64,000 nucleotides of DNA from positions 6,076,001-6,140,000 of the forward strand of contig JBHGNT010000009.1 of assembly GCA_043228905.1 (NCBI GenBank), read 5' to 3'. This DNA is from Azolla caroliniana. Its lineage: Eukaryota; Plantae; Polypodiophyta. The stretch's first letter is position 1. Each line of letters opens with the position of its first letter. Shown in pieces: positions 35,003-48,600 of the stretch. Below the pieces are notes generated by a model that was not told the DNA's origin, searched no databases, and saw nothing but the letters and a program-made list of their open reading frames with translations. The position numbers and the translations under genes were made by a program.

Positions 35003-38000
35003 TGTCAGTGAAGTTCCCTTGTTTCATGATATGGCAAGACTCGAACCCATGACCTTATGTTACATGGGTCGAGCTCTCGACCATTAAATTACATGTTGTA
35101 ATTATTTTTATTTAATTTTTACTATAGAAAATTGATGTATATGTTAGATTTCTCTGGAACATTCTAGAAACTTGAGGAGTACTCCTGAGAACACTATAAA
35201 AGGAGGCATAAGGCATTATTCCAAACCAAATCGGTTCAACGCCAGTCTTAAGCCTTCTAGCTACTATTGTATATTCTCTTAACATAATATATATCTTTTG
35301 TTATCATCATTCTCTCTCTCTCTCTCACTCACTCACTCACTCTTTCCTTCTCTCGAGAGTTCTACACCTCCCTTAGTACTAATCCTCATCTTTTAGTATC
35401 AATTCCTTTTCTGTCTTAGTATTGTTCCTGACAATCTGAACCGATTTTGGTCTCTTTCCTTCTCTTCCTTATCTTCTTACTTCTCGCTCCCTTCATACTA
35501 ATCTCTTATTCCTCTTTTCTCTCATACTATGGCCATTGTTAGCGCTCAAGAATATCAATCCGTTTTCTCAGAGTTGCAATGCTTGAAAGAGAAGTTTCTC
35601 GCATTGGAACAAGAAAATCAACGATTGTTGGGGGAGCTTCAACAAATCTCCTTAGAGAAGCAGCAGACGCAACAACAACATGGGGAACTCGCGTTACGCG
35701 TGCAACAGCTCAAAGCAACCATAGTAGCGATGCAACAACAAGGACCAAGTACACAAGGGATTCATAAAGAACCCAAGATCGGCCTTCCCATGAAATTCGC
35801 TGGAACGCGATTGCAGTTTAGAGGATTCCTTAATCAGTTATGATTAGTCATTCAAATGCATCCTTCTCGATATCCCATCGATGCATCACGAATGGGTTTA
35901 GTAGGCACGTTGTTAAGTGGCTCAGCTTTGGCATGGTTCGCTCCGTTGTTAGAAAAGGAATCTCCTTTACTAAACAATTTTGAAGAGTTTTTAAGTGAGT
36001 TTAAAGCCTATTTTGGAGATACTGACAACATAAGGAGAACAATCAACAAAATCCGACAGTTACGTCAAGGTGATCGTCCAGCCTCCGCATACGCTGCAGA
36101 TTTCCGCCTACTCGCCTCCGATATCCCCTAGGATGACCAAGCACTAATGGAGCAACTTCGTTATGGTCTACATAACAATGTCAAGGATTTACTCTTGACC
36201 TTCCCCGAAGAACCAAAGTCATTGACAGAAGCAATCAGTCGCGCGGTGAGATGCGACAACCGTCTTTTCGAACGATGTTCGGAACGTCAGTTGCAGATGC
36301 CAAGGGCAAGATTAGAGCCCACCTACGCCTCAATGGTAGCAAAACCTTTTCCAAGGGAGTCATATAATGTGTCTCCAGTGAATACTCCAACTCCGATGGA
36401 AATTGACACTACACGTCATCGCAGACCATTATCAGAAGAAGAAAAGCAGCGACGCCGAGCAAATCGACTATGTCTTTATTGCAGTGGACCAAGGCATAAT
36501 GCAATGAAATGTTCCCATAGGCCAAGTAGACAGGTAAACCAAATAGTTGCTAGTTCTAATTGTACTAAACCCGAGTCTATTTCAGTAGGAATATCCGATA
36601 GTCCTAATACTACTAATAGCCCAAATCTATCGAACAATTTTGATGTCCTTAGTCAATTAGAAGAAGAGTTAAATGACTAAGTCCAACCAAAATTGGAGCC
36701 ATTTGATTGGACAACCCTAAATCTGTGCAGCTCATTAGTGGTTTCATTCCCTCTAAGCAAGTTAGCAATGTGTTCTTAGCCCAAGTAATAGTTAGTACTA
36801 AAAGTACCTCTCCAATACATGTCTCAACACTCCTAGATTCCGGAGCTAATTCTTGCTTCAAGGATAGGAATTTTGCCCAAGCTCATCAAATATCCCTAAG
36901 TAAACTCCCATGTCCATCCTCTGTAGTAGTCATTGATGGTCGTCCCATTGCTTCCGAAAATATCATAGAAGAGTCAGAGCCCATTAATATTGTCCTAGAT
37001 AATTTAGCGTGTGTAGTATCCTTTAATATAATTAGTATCCTAGAACATCCCATTGTTTTGGTATTACCATGGTTTGAATTACATAACCCAGACATAGATT
37101 GGAGAACAAGAGAAATCTGGTATTGACAAACCCGAGGATCTACTCATAAGATTGCAATCATTTCGCTACATCAGTTGTGTGAGGAAGGACGCAAGGAAGA
37201 AATGTTTCTCTTTGTAGTATCAGTAAAACCCTCCAACACCACTAAAGAGGAGCCCACCGTTCAACTTCCAGAGAAGTATCGTCATTATGCCGATGTGTTC
37301 AATAAAGTACAAGCCAATACGCTTCCTCACCATCGACCATATGATTGCCCCATCGATTTACAACTGGGAAAAGAGTCACCATGGGGACTGATCTACAAAT
37401 TGTCGCCAACCAAGCTAGAAGTCCTTCGAGTCTATATAGAGGAAAATTTGGTAAATGGTTTCATTCGACATTCGAAATCTCCAGCCGGCGCACCCATTTT
37501 CTTCGTCAAGAAAAAGGATGAATCACTTCAACTCGTCGTAGATTACCATAGCTTGAATAAGGTCACCATCAAGAATAGGTATGCACTTCCTATTATCTCA
37601 AGTCTTTTAGAACGGATCAATGGTGCAAGGTTCTTTACAAAGATCGATGAATGGAAGACCACGTTTCGCACCAGATATAGGCACTTCGAGTATACGGTCA
37701 TGCCATTCGGCCTCACTAATGCGCTAGTAGTCTTCCAACACATGGCAAATGATATATTCCGAGATCTCTTGGATGTTTGTTTGATCATCTGTTTGGATGA
37801 TCTACTGGTTTATTCGAAGACCCAAGAAAAGCATGATTCTCATGTACTATTAGTACTAAAACGGCTTCGAGAACATGGTCTTTATGTAAAACTAGAAAAA
37901 TATAGCTTCGAGTGCAACCATGTAGAATTTCTGGGCTATGTCATTTCGTTGGAAGGCATCTCCATGGATCCAGCTAAGGTCAAAACGGTGGTAGAGTTTT

Positions 38001-39826
38001 CCATGTTCGTTGCGAGATGTGCTATGTTTTTTTGGCTTTGCCAATTTCTACCACAAGGTTATACAGGATTACTTAAAGCTTATTCTACCGCTCACACAAC
38101 TTACCAAGAAGGGGCAATCGTTTGTTTGGTCTAAAGAAGCGGACATGGCTTTTGAGAGTCTTAAGAAGGCATTTACATCAGCTCCTATTCTAGCTCATGT
38201 TGATTCGGCAAAACCATTCATCATTGAAGCAGATGCATCGGATTTCGCCTTGGGTAGCATTCTTTCACAACAAGGCGATGATAAAAAGCTAAATCCTGTG
38301 GCTTTCCACTCACGCAAGTTTAACCCCGCCGAAATCAACTATGAAATTCACGATAAAGAGCTATTAGCAATAGTGGACTCTTTTACGCAATGGAGGCATT
38401 TCCTAGAGGGATCTTCTCATCAAGTCAATGTATTCAATGATCACAAAAATCTTGCCTACTTTCAAAATGCTCGTGTGTTAAATCGATGTCAAGCTCGGTG
38501 GGCCCAATTCCTCACTCGTTTCGACTTCAAAATTACATATCGTCTCAAGGAAGCAACAAGGGAAGGCATATGCATTATCATGGCGCTCGTATCTAGCACC
38601 GCGTCCTGGCGAGCCAGCTTTCCATAACCAAAAGCAAGTAATCCTAGGACCGGCATGACTGCAAGCAACGCAAGTCTTTGGTATGCCCTTGGATTCCCAC
38701 GTTATCGATACTATACGTGAGGACTTGAAGACAGATGCTTTCGCCCAAGCCATTCTAGCACAAATTGATCCCTCTTGAGCATCTTGTTCACAATCGCAAC
38801 AACCAAGTACGGACTATTGACAATTCGAATGTCATGATGAATTACTATTCTCTTAGAAACTCTTGTATGTTCCTAATGGTTCTTGTCGCCTTCGAGTAGT
38901 CCAAAATTTTCATGACACATATACAGCTGGGCATTTTGGTAGTACTAAAACATTAGATTTAGTACAACGAGTGGCCCCATATGCGACAATTTGTCGAAGA
39001 TTTTGTTCGGACTTGTGATACATGTTGCATAGCAAAAATGCCAAGGCATCATCCATATGGTTTATTAGAAGCAAGCCATGACAATCCATTGCTCTAGATT
39101 TCATCACAAATCTTCCGGTCTCTAAGGGATTCAATGTGATCTTAACCGTAATAGATTGATATAAGAAGATGGCCCATTTCCTACCATGTACGAAGAAAAT
39201 CTCTAGTGAGGAAACCGCCGAAACTGTCATGCGTGAAGTATGTCGGCATCATGGCCTTCCCGATAGTATCATCAGCGACCATGGACCCCAATTCGACTCA
39301 AAATTCTGGAAGCACCTCTTTAAAATGTTCAAGGTCACTTGTAACCTCTGCTCCGACTACCACCCGCAAACAGACGGCCAAGCAGAACGAACAAATCAAA
39401 CGCTAGAGCAGTATCTTCGGTGCTTTCAGATGATTGAATGGATATTCTCCACTTCGCCGAATTTGCGTATAATAACTCTGTCCAATCATCGACATATGTT
39501 ACATTATTTTATGCTTATACGGGTTGTCACCCCCGGTGGTTTGTATTTGAAATCCCAGAGTTATCCACAAGTCCTTGTGCAGAGGATCGTTTGGAGCGGT
39601 TACGCAAGATACAAGTAGGTTTATCTACTCATCTACAAAAAGCTCAACAAACACACAAGGTTTACGCGGATCGTCATCGGCTTTCATCCAGTTTTAACAT
39701 TGGAGATCGGGTATGGCTACTACGACGACACATCAAGACTACTCACCCATGCGAGAAGTTGGATTATCGACAATTAGGTCCTTTCCGTATTATCGGAAAA
39801 ATTAATGATGTCGTTTTTCGTAATAT
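35003..39826 (+). mobile_element. Chromovirus-like gypsy element A: 5' LTR 35003-35433, degenerate gag-PR-RT-RNase H-INT, 3' end lost
   Basis: LTR TGTCAG...CTGACA; gag 35529-36680; LLDSGANSCF; LPHHRPYDCPIDL, SPAGAPIFFVKKK, VMPFGLTNA, ICLDDLL; EADASDFALG, NYEIHDKELLAI; SDHGPQF, HPQTDGQAER, LGPFRI. Confidence 0.92.
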
Positions 39827-40465
39827 TGAGTCGACTCGCACTCTTCCGTGCTGGAGTCAACAGCTAGCTTTAGGTTCCGGTCGAGAAGGGTTGCCACATA
39901 TTTGCACTTAGTCATCCCGAACTTGTATAACAAGTTAAGGATGTAGTGTCGTTGGGAGATCATAATGTTGGCTAGAGTCCGAATTACCTTGATGCCAAGG
40001 AAGTAATGGAGCTCCTTCATGTCTATCATCTCAAATTTTTCGAAGAGGAGAGACTTGACATTGTTGATGTCAACTACATGCTCACCTCCAATGACTAGAT
40101 TATCCACATATAGGATGATGACAATCAGGCTTCCAAAATTGTTTCTTATGTGGAGGGAGTTGTCAGATTTTGACATACTAAAGCCAATTCGATCAAGATA
40201 TTGTGTTATCTTCGAATGCCAAGCACATGGTGCTTGCTTAAGGCCGTAGAGTGGCTTCTTTAGTCAATAGATTGCTTTCGGATGAATGTTGGATTTGAAG
40301 TCGAGTGGTTGTACCATGTACACCTCCTCTTCTAATTCACCTTGAAGAAATGTGTTCTTGATGTCCATTTGATGAAGGTGCCACCTTTCGCCGCTACAAG
40401 TGCAATCACGGTCCGTACAATCATTATCTTTGCCACCGGGGCAAAGATCTCTTCATAGTCGACAT
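39827..40465 (-). pseudogene. Copia RT fragment
   Basis: [38 protein letters not shown]. Confidence 0.85.
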
Positions 40466-40466
40466 C

Positions 40467-40537
<71 letters not shown>

Positions 40538-40881
40538 AAGAGACACAAGATAGATAGATAGAAAATAGAAGACTCAAATGTATATTAACAAGGAGTAAGA
40601 AAATACACTAGCAACCAACAACGTACAAAGGAAGGAGGGATTTGCTTTATATAAAGTCATCCTCTCTCTACACTCCCACTAAAACGCCCACTCTCTCTCT
40701 CTCTAGCAACTCTAGAATCTCATGGGGAATGTGGAAACTCATTAGTTATGTGTCATAGAATATAATTATATGACACATAGTTAATGTTTACAGAGTAGTG
40801 GTTACCTTTGACCTTTGAGTGCTCATACATTCTCAAAAGGTGTGTTCACACGTTAGACTAAGTTGAGTTTGATTCTCAACA
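40465..40881 (-). mobile_element. Copia LTR (same family as 33357-33797) with a (GT)n(GA)n microsatellite at 40468-40537; joined to the RT by a deletion
   Basis: Shared blocks GTATATTAACAAGGAG, TTATGTGTCATAGAATAT, GGTGTGTTCACAC and GATTCTCAACA. Confidence 0.75.
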
Positions 40882-40910
40882 ATTTACTATAGTTATGAAA
40901 TGGTTTGAGT

Positions 40911-41749
40911 CATGGTTGTTTACGTACCCGTATTTAACATTTAAATACATATAGTACCTCATCATTTGTATAGTACATATTATACCTCAATGTTGTTCAG
41001 TCAAATATCATGTACATTTGTCCAATACGGTATTTAACGTATTTATAAAAAAACAGGTATAATATGTATTTATAAAGAAAATGTAAGTAAAACCCTAACA
41101 AAAAGCAAAAGAAAAAAAAGATTTTAGTGAAAAAGAAACCAAAGGAAGGAAGAAAGAAGAATAGAAGAGACGACGATGAAGAAGAAGAAGATGATGATGA
41201 TGATGATGATGAAGAAGAAGAAGAGAGAAAAGAAGACATAAACATGTCCTGAGTGTGATAATTGCAATAGATAGAAGAAGAAGAAGAAGAAAACGAAGAA
41301 AAGAGAAACCTATCATGAGTGTGATAATCGTAGACGATTCCTTAATCTATGAAGGCATAATTGTAAATAATTACAATTTGAAGTAGAACATCGTGATATA
41401 CACATACTCTAATTTATTGAATAAGGGAATATCGACATCCATATTACTACAAGTATTTTAGGATGTGAAATGTTCAAATATCTTATATGCATTTTAGGAT
41501 GTAGAACTATATTGTACATCACAAAATTGTGTAAACATAGATGTTTTTTACAATATTATAGATATTTTTTAGAAAGGTAAATAATTTTCAAATTCTAGAA
41601 GTATTTAACGTATTATACGTAAAATACGTATTGTATAAGTATTTAATATATTAAGAAAACGTATTTAACGTATTTTTAAATTGGGAGGTACTATACGGGT
41701 ATTAATACGTTAAATACGTATGGTATCCGTACCGTACCTAACAACCTTG
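40911..41749. mobile_element. hAT-type MITE / non-autonomous DNA transposon (839 bp)
   Basis: 8-bp TSD GTTTGAGT (40903-40910 and 41750-41757); TIRs CATGGTTGTT / AACAACCTTG; subterminal CGTATTTAAC repeats; internal GAA/GAT repeats. Confidence 0.85.
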
Positions 41750-42423
41750 GTTTGAGTAAGCAAACTACATATGAATTGTTACATGATTGTATTTGAGTGT
41801 AAGGCTGCCTAATAGTGCAAGAAAGCTTGTATGTGTAAGTGTATGCCTGTGAAAAAATGTGTATAGTCATAAAGTTTTTGGGTCTTATTGAGATCCAAAA
41901 AGGGTGAATAATTGGTCTACAATAACATTCCTTGTTGTAACGATCATTAAAGGAGCGATGAATAGACAAGTTGTCGGCATCCCCTATAAGATGAACTGAA
42001 ATGACAATTCAATCGATTTCAAATGACAACAACTTGTGATTTCCAACAATTTGTAAATTTCTAATGATGAATCGAGGATGGTGTTCGATCTCAAGTCTTG
42101 AAGTCGTAATCTAGAGTGAATTTCCATCTTTATGTTCCCTCCATTGAATTCTTATATTGTCAACCTCAAAGTTCGACTTCATGAGAAATCTTGGACACAA
42201 AGTTGAGCTCAAGTAGTTTTACCGGAGTTTTTAAAATATTTAGAATTTATTACAAGTGTACAACCATATTGATATGATGACCAATATTTGCTTAAATACA
42301 GGGGCAAAGCAATGACGAGAAAATGAAATCTAATGAACTTGAAGTGTCAAACTTGTGCAGTGCTTATCAAAAGTATCCTTGGTTCACCAAATTACTTTCG
42401 AACATGAGCTAAGTAGTAGGGAT

Positions 42424-42605
42424 TCATGATTCAAGTTGTTGACTTAGTTGATTAAACAATAATATATTACACGCTTCTGTAGGATGAAATGCATCCCAAA
42501 ACACATAATCTGATCTATCTGGACATGGTTGAATTATTGGTAGGCACAAAATTCTCCCATTAAATCTTCCACCGCCACAACAAGCACGATCACCAAACTT
42601 AAAAC
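42424..42605 (-). CDS. GDSL lipase exon 5
   Basis: [12 protein letters not shown]...[14 protein letters not shown]...ES*. Confidence 0.92.
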
Positions 42606-45600
42606 CTACAACAGTAATTTAACAACAAAATCACAATTTAGGATTCAAAATCAACACTTGAAAATACTCTCCAAAAAAATGGCTAGTCCAACAGAACATG
42701 AACATGTAATGGATTTATTTTGAAACTTGACAAGTAATATCCAATATCATTAAGGTGACACATGTTATTACACCAAGTGGTAGCTAAGATAGTGCAAATA
42801 TATGAATTTAACAAATATATCTCCTCCTTAATATGCATATTTGTTCAAGTCAAGCCTTATTACATAAAATATTGGTATGTGAATTACTCCTTCAAAAATG
42901 TGTGAAGTGTGAACCATTTAAGATCATGTGCAAATATCTCATATAATTGCACTAAAATACTTCTGATTTTTCTAAATTTTGCATTGCAAATAGATATTGT
43001 GATCAATGCTTTGAATGAAGAACTTATTCTAATAAATACATGACGAGCTAAAGCTAGAAAATACACAGACACCTGTCTCGAAATTAAAGCTCATGTATAG
43101 TGAATTAAGAGAACAACAAGGGAAACATACCATATTTTGTCGGGTTGTTGCGATATTCGAGAATTGGGTCGAAGCTATTCACATATATGAACTTGCTATC
43201 ACGAAATTGAGAATTTAATTGGGAAATCAATAATTTTAGGCCCACATTGTAATTTATTGCAAGATTGTTGTCAAAGTCACTACATTCTCCATTAACGCTT
43301 TTTACTGCTAATTGTGATGGAATACAACCAATAGGCCCGACATCGGTTACCAAAATTTGCTTCGCTCCCAAGTTGTATAATTGCTTGAATAACGAATGGC
43401 AACAGAATAAAGTTAATAATGAGAATTATAGATTTTTAAAACAGTGCATTGAAATCAAAAATGAAAACCATAAATTTCCTTTGTGGTATAAAGTATAGTT
43501 TAAGATATAATTTGTTTTATAGGTACTATAGAACACTTGTCTTTAAAAGAAGTTCATAGCCTATATATGATATATACATACATATATACATATTATATAT
43601 AGCATGTCATGCACTTCTAAGTCAAATTTAGCCAAGTTTCTTGCCAACCAATGGGAAATCTAAGTTGGTTGTGTGTTTACACATTTACACGATATGATGT
43701 GAATAACTTTACATACATACATACATAGCATGTCATGCACTTCTAAGTCAAATTTAGCCAAGTTTCTTGCCAACCAATGGGAAATCTAAGTTGGTTGTGT
43801 GTTTACACATTTACACGATATGATGTGAATAACTTTAAATAGTTGTTAGTTCACAACGATAATGTAGTTCGTACAATCCACCATCATGATTTGTATGGAT
43901 CAACTACGGAAAGAAGTTTGTCATTTAGTTTAATAAATAAGAAGAAGAATCATGGCAAAACACAAAACAATAGTTAATTCCAAAACATAGAGTATATGAG
44001 CTTATCAAGTAGGAGTACAAATTCACTTGACATTTTATGTTTTGCTAGCAAGGTAAATTATTGTATATGTGTGTACATTGTCTCTCACACACAATATACT
44101 AAAATGAAGTAAAGATGGATTACCACTAGTTGTGTTGAAAACTTGTCCAGGAGGAGCTCTTGAAATTGTTCTGGTGTGTATGCAAAACCTGTAGGAGAAC
44201 CTTTCAAAAAGTAGTTGTTGACATAATCGTTGGCACCAATAGTAACCAAGAAGAGAGATTTGGAAATAAGTTCTTGGGATGCCGATGTGCCAATCAGTGA
44301 TTGAATCTCTTGTATTTTGTTTGAGGCCCACACCAATTGTGTGTCCAAATCTACTCGGCCAATCTACAAGTAGGATGTAAAATACACATTGCAACATTAT
44401 AATGGAAACTTAAACTTTGTTTAGTAGGTGAAATTGTCTTAGCACAAGTACACATTGTGTTTCATGAATACTATATTAATGGCATTTTAATTTAAAAACA
44501 ACTTTATATTGATTCATGTTATTTTAATCTAGAAAAGATGGATATAGAGCTTCAAGCATCTTTATGCAAATGACAAGGTTTTTTTCTACCCCATCACCAC
44601 AATGAACATGGAATCATATTGATAAACCATAAAACATTTAGGACACTAACAAATTCCATGAGTATTTTGATTTGTTCACGAAATTATAATTTGGAAGACA
44701 ACTTAAGAGGAGATTGTGTTTCCAACACAATATTAACTCATGAAGGTCCCACTTGGAAAAAAGCTAAGATTCAAGGGTCTTCCACAAATCTAATGTTGAA
44801 TTTTATATACTTGTCAAGCATATACAAAGGTCCTTGATTGGAAGTTTGGCACAATTAATACAGAACAAATGTTCTATCAAAATATATCCATAACTTCAAT
44901 CCATGGTGACTATTTTTGTTGCAAACATCTTCGCAACCAAGAAGTATAATATGTAGTTGTAAATTAATATTGGATTAGTTGAGGGCTCACTTTTTCATAT
45001 TTACTTTTATCTCTATAAATTTCCTGAAATATGTAGTTTCCATCAAGTGTCATATACTTAAATTGATGACTATAAATTTGGTGTTTCTCCCATATGAGGT
45101 TGAGGAACTCGAGTCATTTGATAATATGTTCTCATCATGATTTCCCTTCTACCCTATCCATCATTTGAATCTTTAATGCAACCCTAAATTATTTTGACCA
45201 ATAAATTTGTGCAACTAAATTACGTAGTTTCCTTCAATTGTCATATACTACTGTTTACAATGAATGACTATAAATCTGTTGTTTCTCTCATATGAGGGTT
45301 GAGGAACTCAAGTCATTTGATAATATGTTTTTCATCATGATTTCCCATCTACTCTAACCATCATTTGAATCTTTAATGCAACCCTAAATTGTTCTAAACA
45401 ATAAATTTGTGAAACTAAAATACATAGTTTCCTGCAAGTGTCATACACTACAACTAATGACTATAAATCTGGTGTTTCTCCCATATGAGAGGGTTGAGGA
45501 ACACGAGTCATTTGATAATATGTTTTTCATCATGATTTCCAATCTAGCCTAAGCATTGCTTGAACCTTCAATGCAACTTTAAAAAAATCGTGCACAAATT

Positions 45601-48600
45601 TTACTTTTCATTTAGCTAAATGGATGTGTACATTTTTCTATTCCATACTCACAAAATTATAACCCGTGCTTCGTATTATACCACCAGCCGCAGACGCAAA
45701 GTTGACCCCTTTGAGTATGTTTGCTCCTTTTGTTGTTGGAGCTAAATAAGGTGGTGGAAATGGAAGCCCAATCTTCTCCGCTACATTACCACACAATGTT
45801 AATGTTATTTAATTAAGTATAGCAATGTTGGAGCACCAGTCTTAAACACAATGTAGGGCTTGTTCTTAGACATTGTGTCAAATACCTTATCGGTAATTAA
45901 AATATAAATGATAGGAATAAGCGATCATATTTAATTTTGGCACTACCATTAACCCATTATTGTTATCTAGTGGCTTGAGACTTCAACTTCAACCTTGTGT
46001 TGTAGACTATAATATTCACCGCTACACAATCCTCCATGTTGAAATACAAATATAGAACTTTTAGGATTTTGGTATAATTTGCAAGGACATCTAGAGTCTC
46101 CATATAAGATGTCCAAGAACCATGCACATAATTTCTTGCTTACAAATTTGGTGTGTTTCCCTCCACACATGCACAACCTTTTATGTAGACTAAGCTTTTG
46201 TAAATTCTAGTAAAAAGTTCATGAAATAGGCATTGTTCTTAGAGTATTTTTCCGAAGTCCATGAGATCGAATTGTTGTTTCGTGAAAAAGCTACACCATT
46301 TTGTTATCCACTTATTTTCACAATTCTATGTTTTAACGTATAACGAATTTGTTATTCGAAAATTTGATAATCGTTCCTCTGCCAATATTGAACATCCTTT
46401 GTTTAATAACTTCGTATAGAATAGTTCCTTAAGTTTAGTAATTGAATTGGAATAGAAGTCTTACATAGATTTAAATATTATTGTGATTTTTTATCATCAT
46501 TTACCTCCTTACTATTGTTTTAATTCAAATTGGCCATTATTGTTGACATCTAGAGTTCCTCACATTTGTTTTGTCATAGTGGTCCAACCAACCATCCTTC
46601 ACATCAATGTTTTTTTCCATAAAACTACAAATCATCAAGTCACTCAAGTTTATATTTGCTCTAAATCTCTAATTAGTTTGATAATAGTTTGGTCCAATGC
46701 CTTTATCAAATACCTTTGTCCTTCACCAATAAGTACATTGTACACCATAACATTTGACACATGTTCTCCTTCTATCTACCTTTGCAACTTTTCCAATACT
46801 CTTTGTTCCCTTCATATGAAGATTAGCTTTGTCATGTGTCTCTCTATTTAATTGCATCACGGGTTATCATTGTCACCTTTGTGTGATTAATAATGTTGGC
46901 AAATTAGTCAAACTCTTGGTCCCCTTTCTTTATTACATTTAAAGATACTTAGACAAGTTTAACTTTATTATACTTAATGTGGTTGGTCAAAATTTTGGAG
47001 ATGATTTGAAATTAGATTTATGGGTCGGTGCCATGTGGCTTGAATATCAAGTTGATCATAATGCTATTATTTGTTAGTTATTGGCTAATAAAATGACATG
47101 ACATGATGCTTAGGAAATGAATGTGGTTCTAATTGAAATCAAGGTCCTGATTTGAATGACGTATAAGGTGTGCATTTGTTTTATGAGAGAGAGAGAGAGA
47201 AATGGTCAATGACTTAATATAAGCCCTAGAAATAATTTTTTTTAAGAAGGAATAAAAACATATATGCTAAAGGCCAAAGCAAGCCATAAGACAAAACATG
47301 TGCATGAATATTTGTCCTCTTTCTAACCAGACTCTAAACAATCAAATAATTGACAATTCATAGTTGGGTGCTATGCATGAATTATGATGACAAGTTGCCC
47401 TTCGAATGTGTAAGTGTAACAATTCAAGCCTTCATATGATATTCAATGAATAAACACACTCACTATGAACCTTTAGTGGGGCCAAGATATTGCTTTATTG
47501 AACATTGGATAATCCAAAAGTTGCGAAATATGTTCCATATAAAGCCTTCACCACATGTGTTATTGATTTTGTATTCTCATTGAGAATGTTATAAATGACA
47601 CAAGCTCTACATGGCACTAAAGAAACTCTCTCTATCACATGCTTGAGGCCAATTTAGCCACCCACATTTTGATATATACCATGAATTAAATGTACCCTTT
47701 ACGTATTCAATAAAACAATCCTACAATAATAATACAAGGAACATTTATAACTTACCTATAATCGAAGGCTACCTATACTAAACTATAGTGTCATACTAGA
47801 ATTTCATGTTTCATATCATAGGCTCAACACCTAGCTACCAGCTCACATTTTGTGAGATTCTCATGAATTAAGTATATCCTTCACATTTTAAATATATAGT
47901 AGATATTTCCCCCTTGCATGTTTTATAGTGAGCCAATAGAGTTGCCAATACATTAACAATCATTATAAGCAAATATAAACAAGCAAAAGTAATCCTACAA
48001 TATCTACCTTTTAGGTCCAATAAAAAAGTTTAGAAAGAACCCTAAATAATATCCTTTTGTGGGATATTTTGGTTAAATTCTATATTATGGACATTTTTGG
48101 CATCACAAATTTGGAAACCAAAGTTTGTAAATGAGGTTTGAACTTAAACATTATAGTGAAAGAGCAATGAGTGATGATGAAAATACCATACAAGGACACA
48201 TTTTTAAGTAGAGTCTAGACTCTTGAACTAATGTTGGACCTTATGGGATATAATGCTACTCATTGAATTTTGATGAAGTAGAGATCTATATATTTTGAAA
48301 TTGAAATCCTTGTGACGAAATGAAGAAACGCTATCATTAGTCTTCCATAAAGCCAAGAATAATGATTTATGCGTATACTCTTAGACATTTTTAGGAAATT
48401 ATCACAATAAAAAGGTCCTATGAGAACACCATGTGAGAAACATTCATAATTTACTCTATAATTGATGGTCACCATATTACTCTACAATGTTATTGTGGAA
48501 TCTCTAGCTAGGGTGTTGAATCACTTGTGAGAGAATCTTAACTTTACATCTACGGTCTACCGAACTACTATAAACTCCTAAGATCAAAATAAAATTGGAA

